Shown here piece by piece: positions 11,351 through 23,300 of a stretch of 51,342 nt of DNA (within the stretch, counting starts at the first letter, position 1; every line of letters begins with the position of its first letter). The DNA is from Jimgerdemannia flammicorona. Lineage: Eukaryota. The notes beneath the pieces are model-generated. The model was not told the origin of the DNA, searched no databases, and saw only the letters and a program-made list of their open reading frames with translations. The stretch lies in contig RBNJ01000023.1 of NCBI GenBank assembly GCA_003990765.1, forward strand, positions 1-51,342, in the 5' to 3' direction. Position numbers and translations under genes: made by a program.

Positions 11351-13180
11351 CGTCCTTTACGTATAGAAATGGATTAGAACATAGTGACATAGTGATGGGT
11401 GTACGCGAAGAGGCCGTTTATTGTAGCACATGTTGTGGCAATAATATAACTTTACTGGACAAACAACCATATAAACAGAAAAAGGATGGGTAAGAAGGGT
11501 GCGTAAACTTCTATGTTGCTGGATGCCAAGTGGCCGTAGAGTATAATGTTGGAGTGGAATGAGCAGATAAAGGGAAGTGCGGAATTTTTGAAACTACGCC
11601 GTGGGCGTAAGTGAAGTGCCCATAATACTGGCATAATGAAACTGATACTGAAACAATTGATATGCTTTGGACCCCTTTGGAAATCAGCAAAACTTTGCGG
11701 AATACACCTATAACGCATTCGATGTAGCCCTACAAGTCGGTGCGCACGCGTCATAGGGCTAAGTTGTTGGTTTTCAAGTGATCTAAGGGCAATGACACGA
11801 ACAAAATCGTTTGACACGAAAAGATCGAATAGGGCTATTTGGAGGGGCAATCATGTTCACAATCTCGATATAGCGGATACCTTGGGATGACTAAAATTTA
11901 TTTCGGTTGCAAGACAATACCACTCAAACGTGCTGTCTAGGAGAGCAGGTCTTGTCCTATAATCTATCCTGGAGACTACTATTATGGGGAAAAAAAGAAA
12001 AAAAAAAAGAAAGGGTAATGGAAAATAACTCACAACCTTAGACGTTTTTCCGAAGCTATGAAGACGCACAACTTTCAAATTTGTTGGTCAAATTCCGTGA
12101 GAAAGCGTCCTTGATCTGGTGGGGGGAGTCGAAGACCACAGCATGTGAGTAACTGAGCGCAACCCTGCCCTTTTCTGAAATATTGAATAGAAATTTATTT
12201 TCTGCGTACATAATATGAGTTCCGTCGTGTTAGCTACGACCATGAATCATTTTTGCATACATTACAGCTAGTTATTATGGTTTAGGCAAGGCTCTCGGTT
12301 TTCATCAATGCTACAATATAAAAAGTCGTATCCACATTAGCCTTAATGCTTTCTATCATATGTAAGATATATGAACAATCTTCTCTAACTTTAAAGAAGA
12401 AATTGAATAACTATAATCACAAATTATATAAATAATGTAAAAAAAAAAATTATATTGCAAAAAATATAATCATTTAATTATTTAACTAAACTCAGATAAT
12501 GTAAATTTTATAGATAATAGAAAAAATCAATAATAGTAATAAATTTCTCAAATAAAATAATTAAAGCTAATTTTAATTAAGAAAAATCATAATTTAGATA
12601 TAAATAAGAATCTTTAATATTTTTCAGAATGATTAATATATTTAAATTAATAATATTTTAAGTAGGTTTACTTAATTATTTCTATTATTAATAAAATAAA
12701 ATAATTTGTAAATATTTATATTTTATATTTAAATTTATATTAATTATATACAGTAACAGCCAAAACTGTAATAATGTTTAGTTATTTTTAATATATAATT
12801 ATATTATAGCTTCAATATAAATATAATAAAATCCAAATTTTAATATTAATAATATAGTATCTCAGCTTTTGAATAGTATATTTTTTATTTTATTTAGATA
12901 AATATAGATATTAATATAACTATTTTAAGTTATATTGCCATTGTTACAGTTTGGACCCTCTTGGCCATCCAAACTTGTTTGAGTTCACTACATACTATTG
13001 AGTTAAGCTATAATTATCCACTTTTACTATAGTGTTGTTTTAGATATTCTTTACTACTCTATAGTATTTTGCTGTTATTTTTAGGTAATAAAAAAGTTTT
13101 CTGTCAATATTTGTAACTACATTATTTACTTACTATAATCCAGTTTATCTACATATAAGATTTCCAAAGAAACTAATATG

Positions 13181-13257
13181 CAGCTCCTTTCTCTACTACC
13201 TTATTGGTCACAAGGTTTGGTAGACAACCTTCTGAGTCTCCTTCCCTCTATTATTAC

Positions 13258-13332
<75 letters not shown>

Positions 13333-14651
13333 GTCCCTTGGACTCTGTCTTTATTTCCAGTCTATAAAAAAAATTTACAATATCCCCACCCATTATCCGA
13401 TCCCCATCGGGTGGCCCCACTCCACCTCGTCATGTATAAAGACCACCCTCTCACCGACAACTCCAACTCTCCCACCACTCTGACTACAGATTTTCACCAC
13501 CAAGTAGCGCCTCCGACCCCCCTCTATTATTACCCTCTTTATCTCAGGTTGGTTTGCTATACCTGTAGGGGTATAGTGAGAGAGAGGCAATGATATTGAG
13601 TTGTCTCTTTATTGGTATCAGATCAGTATCTTCTTTACTTTTTTATAGTTTCTAGTGCCTTCAGCTGTATCTGAGATATACTTGTTTTAATATAATGTTT
13701 TCTTTCTTTTGCTATCATCAATAAGGTATTATCTGATATATTATGGTCTATATATAAAGTTGGCCAACCTTAGACATCAAGTGTTAGTATAGATTACCTA
13801 TATGTCCTCAGTATCTGTGGTGGGGCTCTCTGAGCTTTGGTGAGCTTCTCAGCGAGTATGGTTCTAGTATAGGTGACTGCTTTTTAGATGGGGTCAGAAT
13901 AAGAGGAGAGTTGGCTGTCACAGATAAAAGAAAGAACATTAACAGTAGACCAGTAGGGTGCTAGGCTAGAGGTGGTCATTGGAATTAGGGTGGGCATTAT
14001 CTTGGTGGGGTCTTTTGATTAGCTAGCAGAGGGTGGAGTAGTATAGGGGCTAGTATTCTGGCTATATCTAACTAAAACTAAAAGCTGATATAGTGATGTG
14101 ATTAAGATCTATAGGCTTGGAGAGTGGAACCTCTCTTATTTGACAGTATCTAACTAAAACTGAGAGCTGACACAGCAATGTGATCAAGGCCTACAGGCTT
14201 GGAGAGTGAGAGTGGAGTTTGTTTAAGCCTTAGTCTATGTATCAGTTCTTTTGAGAAGGTCCTATATATAAGTTCTTTACTCACTCACTCTGAATCTATT
14301 CTGTCTTTTATTAGCTAGTTGGGGGTTTTTCTTTGCCTCAGGCCTTTGTTTAGAGTTTGGGAGACTATTACTTATTTAGTCCTGGCATTGCTAGATCCAA
14401 TGTATAGGTATACTCTCATGTATAGTTATGATGATCTAGCTTTAGTGAACAGACAAGTCTAGTCTATGTAGTGGGAGTTAGTATTTCTGATATATATAGC
14501 AGAAATAGTGAGACTGCAAGACAATTTGATAGGCTAGATTAATAGAGGGGTAATGTCTAGTAGGTAGTGGGGGAGAGTTTTGACCTATATAGTCTAGATT
14601 CCCTTCCAATAAAAATCCAAGAGACTCTGAGTCCAAAAAAAAAAAAAAAAA
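13181..14651 (+). mobile_element. Non-autonomous ~1.2-kb poly(A) retroposon, copy 1 (contains a nested insertion)
   Basis: AATAAA at 14608-14613, A tail 14635-14651, degenerate TSD aaactaatatg (13170-13180) / aaaccaatgtg (14649-14659); colinear with 48044-49253. Confidence 0.85.
13262..13519 (-). mobile_element. Short poly(A)-tailed retro-insertion (5'-truncated LINE or SINE) nested in the retroposon
   Basis: T run 13262-13329 then ~190 nt; exact 18-bp TSD ccctctattattaccctc at 13244-13261 and 13520-13537; absent from copy 2 at ~48110. Confidence 0.9.
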
Positions 14652-14659
14652 CCAATGTG

Positions 14660-15585
14660 AGTACAATGACAGTAAACCACATAAAAATAGCATATTGCAA
14701 CAATATTCTTTCATTGAAAGGTAGTTGTTCAGCTATATTTTTAGCCTAGGATAAAGGATAGATCATTTGCTAAGTTATAACTAATAAAGTAGATAATACT
14801 ACCAAAGTTGTAAAAGTCCTTCAAGAAAGTGGCAAAAAGGCAAACCTTAGTATAGTAAAATGAATGCTCTAAAAGATCAGTCTCAAAGCATACATAAAGC
14901 AAAAGAAACCACTTTTGCTATCTTATTATATAAAGATGTACTATGAATTTGCTATGAAATACAAGTATCAGATAGTTGCTGATCAGAAAACCATTGTGTT
15001 TTCCAATGAATCAAAGATTGACCATTTGGGCTCTAATAGATATAAATGGATATAGTATAAATTGAGCAGTGGTGGGGAGCTCTAATCAAATCAGATGACT
15101 AGAACTTTAAAATTCAGTAGTAGATCATTAATGTTTTGGGAATATATGATATATAAAGGTGTCAAATATATATGCCAAATCAAGGACCAAATGAATGCTG
15201 AATTATATACTAGTATTCTTAGTAATAAATTGCTTCAAACAATCAAGTATTACAAACTTAATCAAAAAAAAAATCATCTTTCAATAAGATAATAATTTCA
15301 AATATACATCTAAATTGATATGCAAATGGTTCAAAAACAACTCTATCTATACATTAGACTGGTCAGCACAATTGCCAGACTTCAACTCCATTAAACATTT
15401 ATGGTATAAACTTAAAAAACAGTTGAATATATGACAAATCACTCAAAGGAATACTGAAATTATGGGAGTACATACAGCATATATAGAATGACATTTCTGA
15501 AAATGTTTATATCAAATTAATTAAAAGTATACCCAGGTATATTATAGTAGTATATAAAGTTAAAGATAGATATATTAAATATTAA
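14660..15585 (+). pseudogene. Tc1-type DDE transposase, decayed (N-terminal part probably lies before the insertion at ~13030-13180)
   Basis: IVFSNESKID (first D region), LMFWEYM, FQ*DNNFKY (second D), LDWSAQLPDFNSIKHLW (from WPxQSPDLNPIEHLW). Confidence 0.85.
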
Positions 15586-16559
15586 ATAAAAATAAATAAG
15601 AGGTTTGGATATCTGAGAGAGTCAAAACTATAACAATGGCAATATAACTTAAAATAGTTATATTAATGTCTATATTTATCCAAATAACTAAAAAATATAC
15701 TATTTCAAAACTAAGATACTACATATATTATTAATAGATTTTATTATATTTATATTGAAGCCATAATATAATTATATATTAAAAATAACTAAACATTGTT
15801 ACAGTTTTGGCTCTTACTATATCAAATTTAATTTCAATTTATTTAAATTTAATTTTATTTATTTAAAAGTATTAAGTTTTACTAAAATAAAATAAAATAA
15901 AATAAAATAAATAATAGATTAAAAATATTTCTTATTTTTTAATCTAATTTTTAATTTATTGATATTTAATATATTATAATTTTTATAATATTTATAGAGA
16001 TAATATTAATTTAAATATATATATTATATATTAATAAAATATTATCACATAGTAGTCACTGAGTCCTTCAAATATATCAGATTCTCTTCAAGGTGTATCT
16101 CTTAGACTAACTCAAGTTTGTTATAAGTAAGTTCTTATTGGAGTACCTTCCCAAGATCTTATACATAGTCCTCAAACTTCTTATCTTTAAACTGTCTTGT
16201 TATCTCTTTAGATTACTTGCAAGAAATTGTATATATTGTACTGAGAGGAACTGACTTTATTTTGAAGAAAATAAGAGGGATATTTATATAAAATATAATT
16301 CAATGGTTGCTAAGATATAAAGCTAAATATAAATTCCAATAACTAAATAAAATGCTGGAACACAAAAAACTGCTAAGTTTCAGTGTCAGTATAGATAGTT
16401 ATATAGATTCAGGATGCTGGTATAATTTTGATGATATAGGAAAAGGGTGCTGGAATAATTTTGAGTCACACAAGATCAGAATACCAGTAGTGGAATAGCT
16501 ATTATATAGGAAAAGAATGCTGGCATAATTCAGTGTAATCAAGAGACTTAGAGCAGAAT

Positions 16560-17280
16560 GTTCAGAACCATAGAGGCTTCTTCCTCATCATCACTGAAGA
16601 AGATGAGATCTACAAATATTTTGATCTCATCATATAGATTGCTCATTTTGCATATGTTGTATAGGATGATGTCATTGCCAATGATGTCATCACATTCAGC
16701 AGCAGCAGTAGGGAGAGTGAGGAGATCTGGGGCTCTCCAGTCTATGAGATTCTCTTCTACAAAATAAGGAACAAATGTGGGGTCTTGGGGAGATCTAACC
16801 TAGATGCTTGGGCTTTGGAATACTGAGATCAATCCTTGCAAGAATTGATCTGGGTTGTCCTGGAGGATGGGATGCCAGAAGTTTCTATTTTATCACTATT
16901 GAGAGTAATAGTGGACTGAGCTTCTGTAGCTACCCTGACTTCTAGTGCATTGATATGGTGGGCTGACAGATCTCTGAAGTCTGAGACTCTAACATACTTC
17001 AAGTTGGGAATCAACCATAGTACATGCCTGAAGATCTGATGAATTTTCTTAGCTATCCTTGCTTTACATATATCTATAGAAGTGGCATCTTATAACTCTT
17101 GGGAGCTGATCTGTGGGAACTTCTGGCAGAGAAGGTTTTCTATTTTATACTTCTATCACATTTGGAGGCATTTGGTAGCAATAGTGATCCTTATTTCCAT
17201 TTTATGGCAGTAGAGAATAAAGTGATAAGGATCCTTGATACCCAGGTTGAGGCTAGGAGTTCTTCTTATGTGGGTCCTCA
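16560..17280 (-). pseudogene. Relic accessory ORF of an older element; same family as gypsy ORF3
   Basis: Reading through stops: IATKCLQM**KYKIENLL...CKARIAKKIHQIFRHVLWLIPNLKYVRVSDFRDLSAHHINAL...VDLIFFSDDEEE, versus ORF3 IAQRLLQI..FYNIGQLL..EARTAK*IYTLY..VDILFPEE. Confidence 0.65.
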
Positions 17281-17540
17281 TGGCTCTTCTGATATCTTGA
17301 AACATCCTTTCTTCAACTGAGGTACCTTAGTAGTTCCTTGACCTTGAGGTTTGGTGAGCAGCAGACATTTCATTTATGGTAAGTCTTTGAGCTATTTTGG
17401 AATTGGTGGGTCTTATTGAGTTGCTGCTACTGCAGTTCCTTGATCCTTCTTTTATATTCCTCAAGATGCCTGTACTGTAGTCACAATGACTCACAGTTAG
17501 TCATCATAGCTCATCTTATAGCCTAGATAAGTCATGCTAT

Positions 17541-18866
17541 TGTGACAAACCATGAAATATAGCAAGCTCAAAACCTAACCAGGTGACATGAACATTAGCA
17601 TAACATAGTAACCAGCAACCATTGCTGTGGAAAAATGTATAAATAACCAGATAGCCAAAGAAGGGAATAATGTGAACAGTGGCTGTCCCCTAGACAGTGG
17701 CTGTCTACTAGACAGTAACTGTCCACCCAAATACACCATAGATAGCAAATCTATAGTTAGCCAGGTAGCAACCAGATAGCAACCACAATGTATAAATTAC
17801 CCCAGAGACAAGAGTGAATAAACCTCAGTCCAAAATTGAATCCAAAAGCAAAAGACAAGTCTGCCTACCACACTTTGAGAGGAACTCTACAGCCACTGTT
17901 AGGAGATTGTAAGCATTGGTCCCCTTTTCCCACTCCAGTCCACTTTCTGATACAAAGAATGAGTTCATTTTTGGTATGCTTGCCAGATAAGTCTGAAGAA
18001 TTCTAGTTTTCTGTCAAGTTCGAGAAAGAACTTTGCTGCATTCCCAGAGAGCCCGCCTTTCTTGCCACAAGCCAGTTTCTGACACAACTTTGCAGTGGAG
18101 CCAGTCTACAATGTAACTCCATGCAAACGAAGCCAGTCTTTGACATAATTTGCCAAGAATCCTAGTTAATTCCCAGTTGAAACCACCGATTCAGAAGAAT
18201 CTATACCATCGTATTCCCAGAAGAGCCCAATTCGGAAGAACTCATGCCATCTAAGTAGTATTCCCAGTTGAAGCTGATTCAGAAGAATCTGCGACCTCCA
18301 AGTTACCTGAGTTCTCGAATTATCCGCCTCTCACATCATCTGAGTTATCTATGTCATCCAAGTTATCCGTTGTTCTCAGTAAGCCTGAGTTATCAAGTTA
18401 TCTGCCACCAGTACAATTCCCAGTGAATCTGTACCCAAATTAAGTTATCTACCAAATTATCAGAATGTCCCAAACCTGTTGCACTACACAAGATTGTCAC
18501 CCAGAAATTGCATACTTTTGGAGATTGTCATGCTATACAGAAATTGCCCACTGCTTAAGAAGGAGAACCGCTAAATTGCCAGACCGTCATGCATAAGATT
18601 GTCACACTACACAAATTCTGCCATTCTCAGTTGACCCAAGAAGGAAACCCATTCACAAATACAAATTGCTGCTACACCCAAGAACCTGTCCCAAAAAGGA
18701 AACTGCTCACACAGTATCCAGATTTTGACTATTATACCACTAAACACCAAGGACCTCAGGAATCTTAGAACATTTTATTGCTTTTTGACAAAGTAACTGG
18801 GGGCTCAAGCCAAACTACATCAACCCCCAACCTTGTAATTTGCCTCCATTGAGCCAGCACATTACA
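17541..18866 (+). repeat. Gypsy 5' LTR
   Basis: tgtgacaaacc...gcacattaca; near-identical to 26456-27781; two gtataaat TATA-like boxes near 17637 and 17790. Confidence 0.95.
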
Positions 18867-18868
18867 TT

Positions 18869-18886
18869 TGGGGGCTCAACTGGGAA
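18869..18886 (+). promoter_or_regulatory. Gypsy primer-binding site, tRNA-Pro type
   Basis: tgggggctcaactgggaa two nt after the LTR; resembles the tRNA-Pro PBS of MLV (TGGGGGCTCGTCCGGGAT). Confidence 0.75.
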
Positions 18887-19442
18887 GATTTCAAAATTGA
18901 CGTAACTTTTTAGCTCATAAGAACTCACAGTCAAACTGGATACATTTGATACAACACCAACCTCTGCCACTACCAGAGAACCAGTCATCACTAGCATTTG
19001 GACAGGAAGAGAAGTAATTATCTCAAGACTTGCCAACTACTCAGCATCAGAAGGATCCCAACCAGAAGTAGGAGGCAGTACAGCCCAAAATCCCCAACTA
19101 GACCAACCAGATCAACCAGATCAACCAGATAATACAGGCAGCCCTGCTAGAGATTTTGGAGAACTTGCACAAGAACTAGAAGACCTTATCATACAGATCC
19201 AATACTTTACAGCCAGATACCCCACACCAGCCCCACCAATCTCGCCAATAGAACCTCTACCACAACCTCTTCCAGAATCAGAAGTAGCTCCTACAAGAAT
19301 ACCTAGGCCTATTTCACTCTGTCCAAGGACCAGAACACCATCTTCAAGATACTCAAGCACCCCCATCTCTAGTGACAGTTCAGAAAGTGAATCAGAATCA
19401 GAATCCAAACTTGAACCAGAATCAGAAGAAAGTGATGATGAA

Positions 19443-20366
19443 ATGACCACCTCATTGCCAACCTTTGCAGGATACCCGGAGGAAGACCCCAGAGAATTCC
19501 TTGATGGAATTGAAGGAATTGCAGTCTTGAGAAATCTCTCAGATGAAAGAAAAATTGTCATTTACAAAGCTCAGCTCAGAGAACCAGCCAGAGGAATTTT
19601 TCATCGAACAGCAAACAACCAAGATTCAGAACTAGCAAGACAGATACAAGCAGCAATGTCTGATGAGCTAGAATATGAGGCCATGGTCCACTGGCTTATT
19701 GAAAAATATGCAGGAAATGAAACCCACTATGAGGCTCAGGAATCCATCATAAGAATGAAGATGAATCTTAGAGAATCACCCAGAGCCTTCTTCATGAGAA
19801 TCCAGAAGAGAATGCATTCTGCTGGATTCAATGCCACCAACCAAGACATCATAGGTCCAATGACCTTCATGAATGGAATTCCTCTGAATATTGCCCAGAA
19901 TGTCTACACCTTAGGCATCAGAAGGTCTGAAGAGCAAGTAGATGTAGCCCAAGGATTCTTTAATATCAGGCAAGGAACTACTTGGAGTGATCATGACAAG
20001 AAGAAAGATAAAGAAGATATCCTGGTCAAAGTCCTGCAAGGACTCCTTCAAGGACAAGAAAGGTCCAAAGAAAGAAGGCCAGCCAAGAAAGGAAAGAAGG
20101 ACAGAAGCGAAATCCAAGACCTTAGCTCCAAGTTAGACCGATTGGTTGGACAGATTGAAAAACTCACCACATACAAAAATCAGGACTACCAAAACAACAG
20201 AGGGTACCCACCACAGAGGAGCCAAGGTTATCTACCAAGAGATAATAGGAATTACCAGCAGGAGGAAAGAAGGTACTCTATCCAAGACAGAGCCCAAGTC
20301 CAATGCTTCCACTGTGGACAATTTGGACACTATGCCACTGAATGTGACAACAAAAGAAGTGACTGA
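19443..20366 (+). CDS. gag: Gypsy Gag with CCHC zinc knuckle (start of a single gag-pol frame)
   Basis: LPTFAGYPEEDPREFL capsid-type start, CFHCGQFGHYATEC knuckle; the terminal TGA is a mutated CGA (sister copy has CAA at 33069-33071, minus strand). Confidence 0.9.
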   Translation: MTTSLPTFAGYPEEDPREFLDGIEGIAVLRNLSDERKIVIYKAQLREPARGIFHRTANNQDSELARQIQAAMSDELEYEAMVHWLIEKYAGNETHYEAQESIIRMKMNLRESPRAFFMRIQKRMHSAGFNATNQDIIGPMTFMNGIPLNIAQNVYTLGIRRSEEQVDVAQGFFNIRQGTTWSDHDKKKDKEDILVKVLQGLLQGQERSKERRPAKKGKKDRSEIQDLSSKLDRLVGQIEKLTTYKNQDYQNNRGYPPQRSQGYLPRDNRNYQQEERRYSIQDRAQVQCFHCGQFGHYATECDNKRSD

Positions 20367-23300
20367 AGGGACTCAGAACCAGCAAACCAAAGGAATGACA
20401 CTCAGTACAAGAAGACTAAAGCTCATCCTGTTGAAGATTTTGAAGAAGCAAGCAACAGTGAAGACTACAGTGACCTGGACTTGTACCCCACTAAGGTTAC
20501 AACCCGGAAAACAGTCTATCCAGCAGAGAAAAGAAAGAGACCTGTAGGAAGACCATCCAGGAACATCAGCAGAAGAATTATCCAAGAAGAGGATGAAGAA
20601 CGTAAGGAGGAATAAGTAGAAACACCTCCCCAAACCCCCTCACCTTTTGTCCCTGAGACAAATGAGTTGCCACTAGAAGATGAAGAAATGGAACAAGAAG
20701 AACAGGAACCTGCTGCTCCAAAGCCCAAGAAGAAGTATACTCTGAAGACCATGCCTAGAGACATTTACAATGAAGCCTGGCAGAAGATTCAAGAAGCCAA
20801 GATGGAAGTCCCTCTCCTGCAGTTCTTGCAACTGACACCAGCTGGAGTCTGAAACAAATTACTGAGAACCACCAGGTCTAGCACTGGCCAAGTCCCAATC
20901 CCACAGCAAGAACCAGCTTCCATCCCTGTCCAAGCAGCTGAAAGATATGTCAGTACCTACTTACATGGAGATATTGGAGGACAAAAGGTGAAGATCCTCA
21001 TAGACACAGGAGCAGCTATCTGTATTATTGCCAAATGATTCCTAGACACCCTCCAATGGCCCATTGATGGACCATCTAACCTCAGCATCATAGTAGCAGA
21101 TGGAGCCCAAACTCAACCCCTTGGAGAAGTATGAAATATCACCATCTCTCTTAGACACATTCAGTTCTCCATCCTCAAAGCTATTGTCACTGAAGCTGTC
21201 TCCTATGACATGATTCTTGGCACCAACTGGATGAAGGAAATGAATGCAGTTGTTGATATTGGCCAAAGTACTCAAGTTTGACTACTAAGGCAAGAAGTAC
21301 AGAGTTAAGGTGACCAGCTATGAGCAATCAAAAAAGAAGAAGAAGGTCACTATTCAGGAAGAGTATGCTAGTAGTGAAGAATCCACCACAGAAGAAGAGG
21401 AAGAATCTGAAGATGGAAATGATCCCAGACTCAATTCCTGAATCAATCTGGTGGATGACCGACCAGAAGATAATGTGTGGGTCAAGAACACTATCCCTAT
21501 TACCATAGGAGCTATTGCAGGAGAAGCCAAAGGATGCCCTATATGCCTCAAGAGACACAAGTGTCTCGAGCACTCCTCCAAGATCATGGGAACAAGGAAA
21601 TCGCCTGGCACAGCCTGCCCAGAGTGCAGGAGGAAGAAGAAGAAATGCAGACTTATTCCAGAAACACCCGCAACTGAAGCTGCAGAAGTGCAAGCAATCT
21701 GGAGACAAGAATCATCTGGGGAAGAGGAAACTTCTGACCAAAAAGTTCCTGAACAAGAAGCACCTGATGAAGAAGAGGTCCCTGAACTCATTCCCTGGGA
21801 TGACCCTCGCTGGACGCCACCTGAAGACAATGATCCTTGGAATACAGAAGAAGGACCCAGTACAATCGCCATTATTCCCAAGAAAGAAACTCACCAAGAG
21901 AAAGCTTTTCAGCTAGGAAGATGTCCACACCAAATGGTCTTCTACTCTCCTTGAGACTACTGCTATCAGTGTCATCTGTTGGACCAATAGGAAAGACAGA
22001 GACCCCAGAGACCAGAACTCCCAACTACTCTTGCACAGTCTACCACCTTTCAAGAAGTCACCACAAGGTTACAAAGTCGATTTAAGGGACAAGGCTTCTT
22101 CACCCAAACAGAAATATACCCCTTATCTACCCTTCCCTCAATCTATGATCAAGATGGATACTGATTCCCAAGACAACAAGAGATAAATAGCCAGGAACAT
22201 CATTTTTGGGCAATGGGATATTGTAACCATGGGAGACACTCTGACTGCTGAGACTGCAGACATCAGAAGATTCACCTCAATCATGATGTTGCAGTGCACA
22301 CTTTGAAGAAAGGAGATAACTGAAGCCAGATCCAAAAAAGCCAGATTCCAAAAAGCCAGACCAAGAAGTCTGAAAAAAGAATCCTCAAGATCTATGATTT
22401 GGGAGAAGACATCCTAGCTCTCATCAGACATGCAACCCGCCAAGGATGGGCAGAAGATATCACCAACTTCATGGAAGCCCTAGACCCTACAGGAAAAAGA
22501 GGAATCAACTACCTCCAAGATCCCTCTACTGGAGCCAGATGGCCACACCTCAACCTTAGAGCTTGGAGGCTCTCTGCTATTGGAGCTTCAGCCTTAGGAA
22601 AGCCTGAACTCAGCAAGGATATTGCCCAGTATACCCTGCTGCACCCCAAGGCCAAACCCCTGACCAAAGCCCACCCAGAGGATATAGGATATGATCTTCA
22701 CAGCTTGGAGGATGAATCTATCAAGCCTGGAAAAACCTTCATGGTCAGAACTAGATTAGCCATGCAGCCACCCCAAGGAGCTTATATTCAACTGACCTCA
22801 AGGTCCAGACTTGCCAGACAAGGGATAACTGTAGAAGGAGGAACCATTGACCCTGGATATACAGGCGAAATCAAGGTTATTCTACACAACAGCAGTGCAG
22901 AATGGCACCAAATCATTGGAGGACAGAAGATTGCCCAGGCAGTCTTCATGAAGGTCAAGACCCCACCATTACAGGAAGTCTCTGAACTAACTGAAGGAAC
23001 AAGACAAGCCAAGGGATTTGGAAGTTCAGATAGGAAGAAGGTACATCTCCTTCAAGTCAACCACCTCAAGAGGAATGTTCCCCAGCAAGTGTACCAGCAA
23101 CCAGTCAGACTGCACAAGAATCTCATCCTGGAGCCCGGAGAACAACTACCTTCGAAATCTTTGCACCACCCGACCCCAGAAACCTTTTCTTTGAACCCAA
23201 GGAAGATATCCCGCACCTGGATATAGAGGGACACACATTCCCTGACAAGATGAACCCAGTACACTCCTGAGCAACCAACCAAAGTTGGGAGACCATCATC

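Larger units (their letters stand above)
12751..15819 (+). mobile_element. Tc1/mariner DNA transposon with ~220-bp TIRs, interrupted by a retroposon
   Basis: TA|cagtaacagccaaaactgta at 12751 and ttacagttttggctcttacta|TA at 15819; TIRs ~12751-12975 and ~15602-15819; TA TSD. Confidence 0.92.

Noticed and set aside
11147-11493. Poly-lysine proteins (likewise the poly-Phe ORF at 13204-13593)
   Set aside because: Translation artefacts of homopolymer runs.
13613-13622. tRNA-Met PBS (tggtatcaga) implying an LTR element
   Set aside because: The second copy reads tagtgtcaga, no LTR pair exists, and the element has a poly(A) tail with a long TSD.
17099-17320. Protein-kinase C-terminal fragment (DILKHPFFN)
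   Set aside because: No other kinase motifs; it is antisense to the better-supported accessory-ORF relic.
20364-20366. Programmed gag-pol stop-codon readthrough
   Set aside because: The sister copy has CAA at this codon, so both derive from CGA by CpG decay; many similar TGA stops occur throughout pol.
19121-21916. Numerous minus-strand and alternative-frame ORFs over gag-pol
   Set aside because: Shadows of the compositionally biased gag-pol frame with no independent domain signal.
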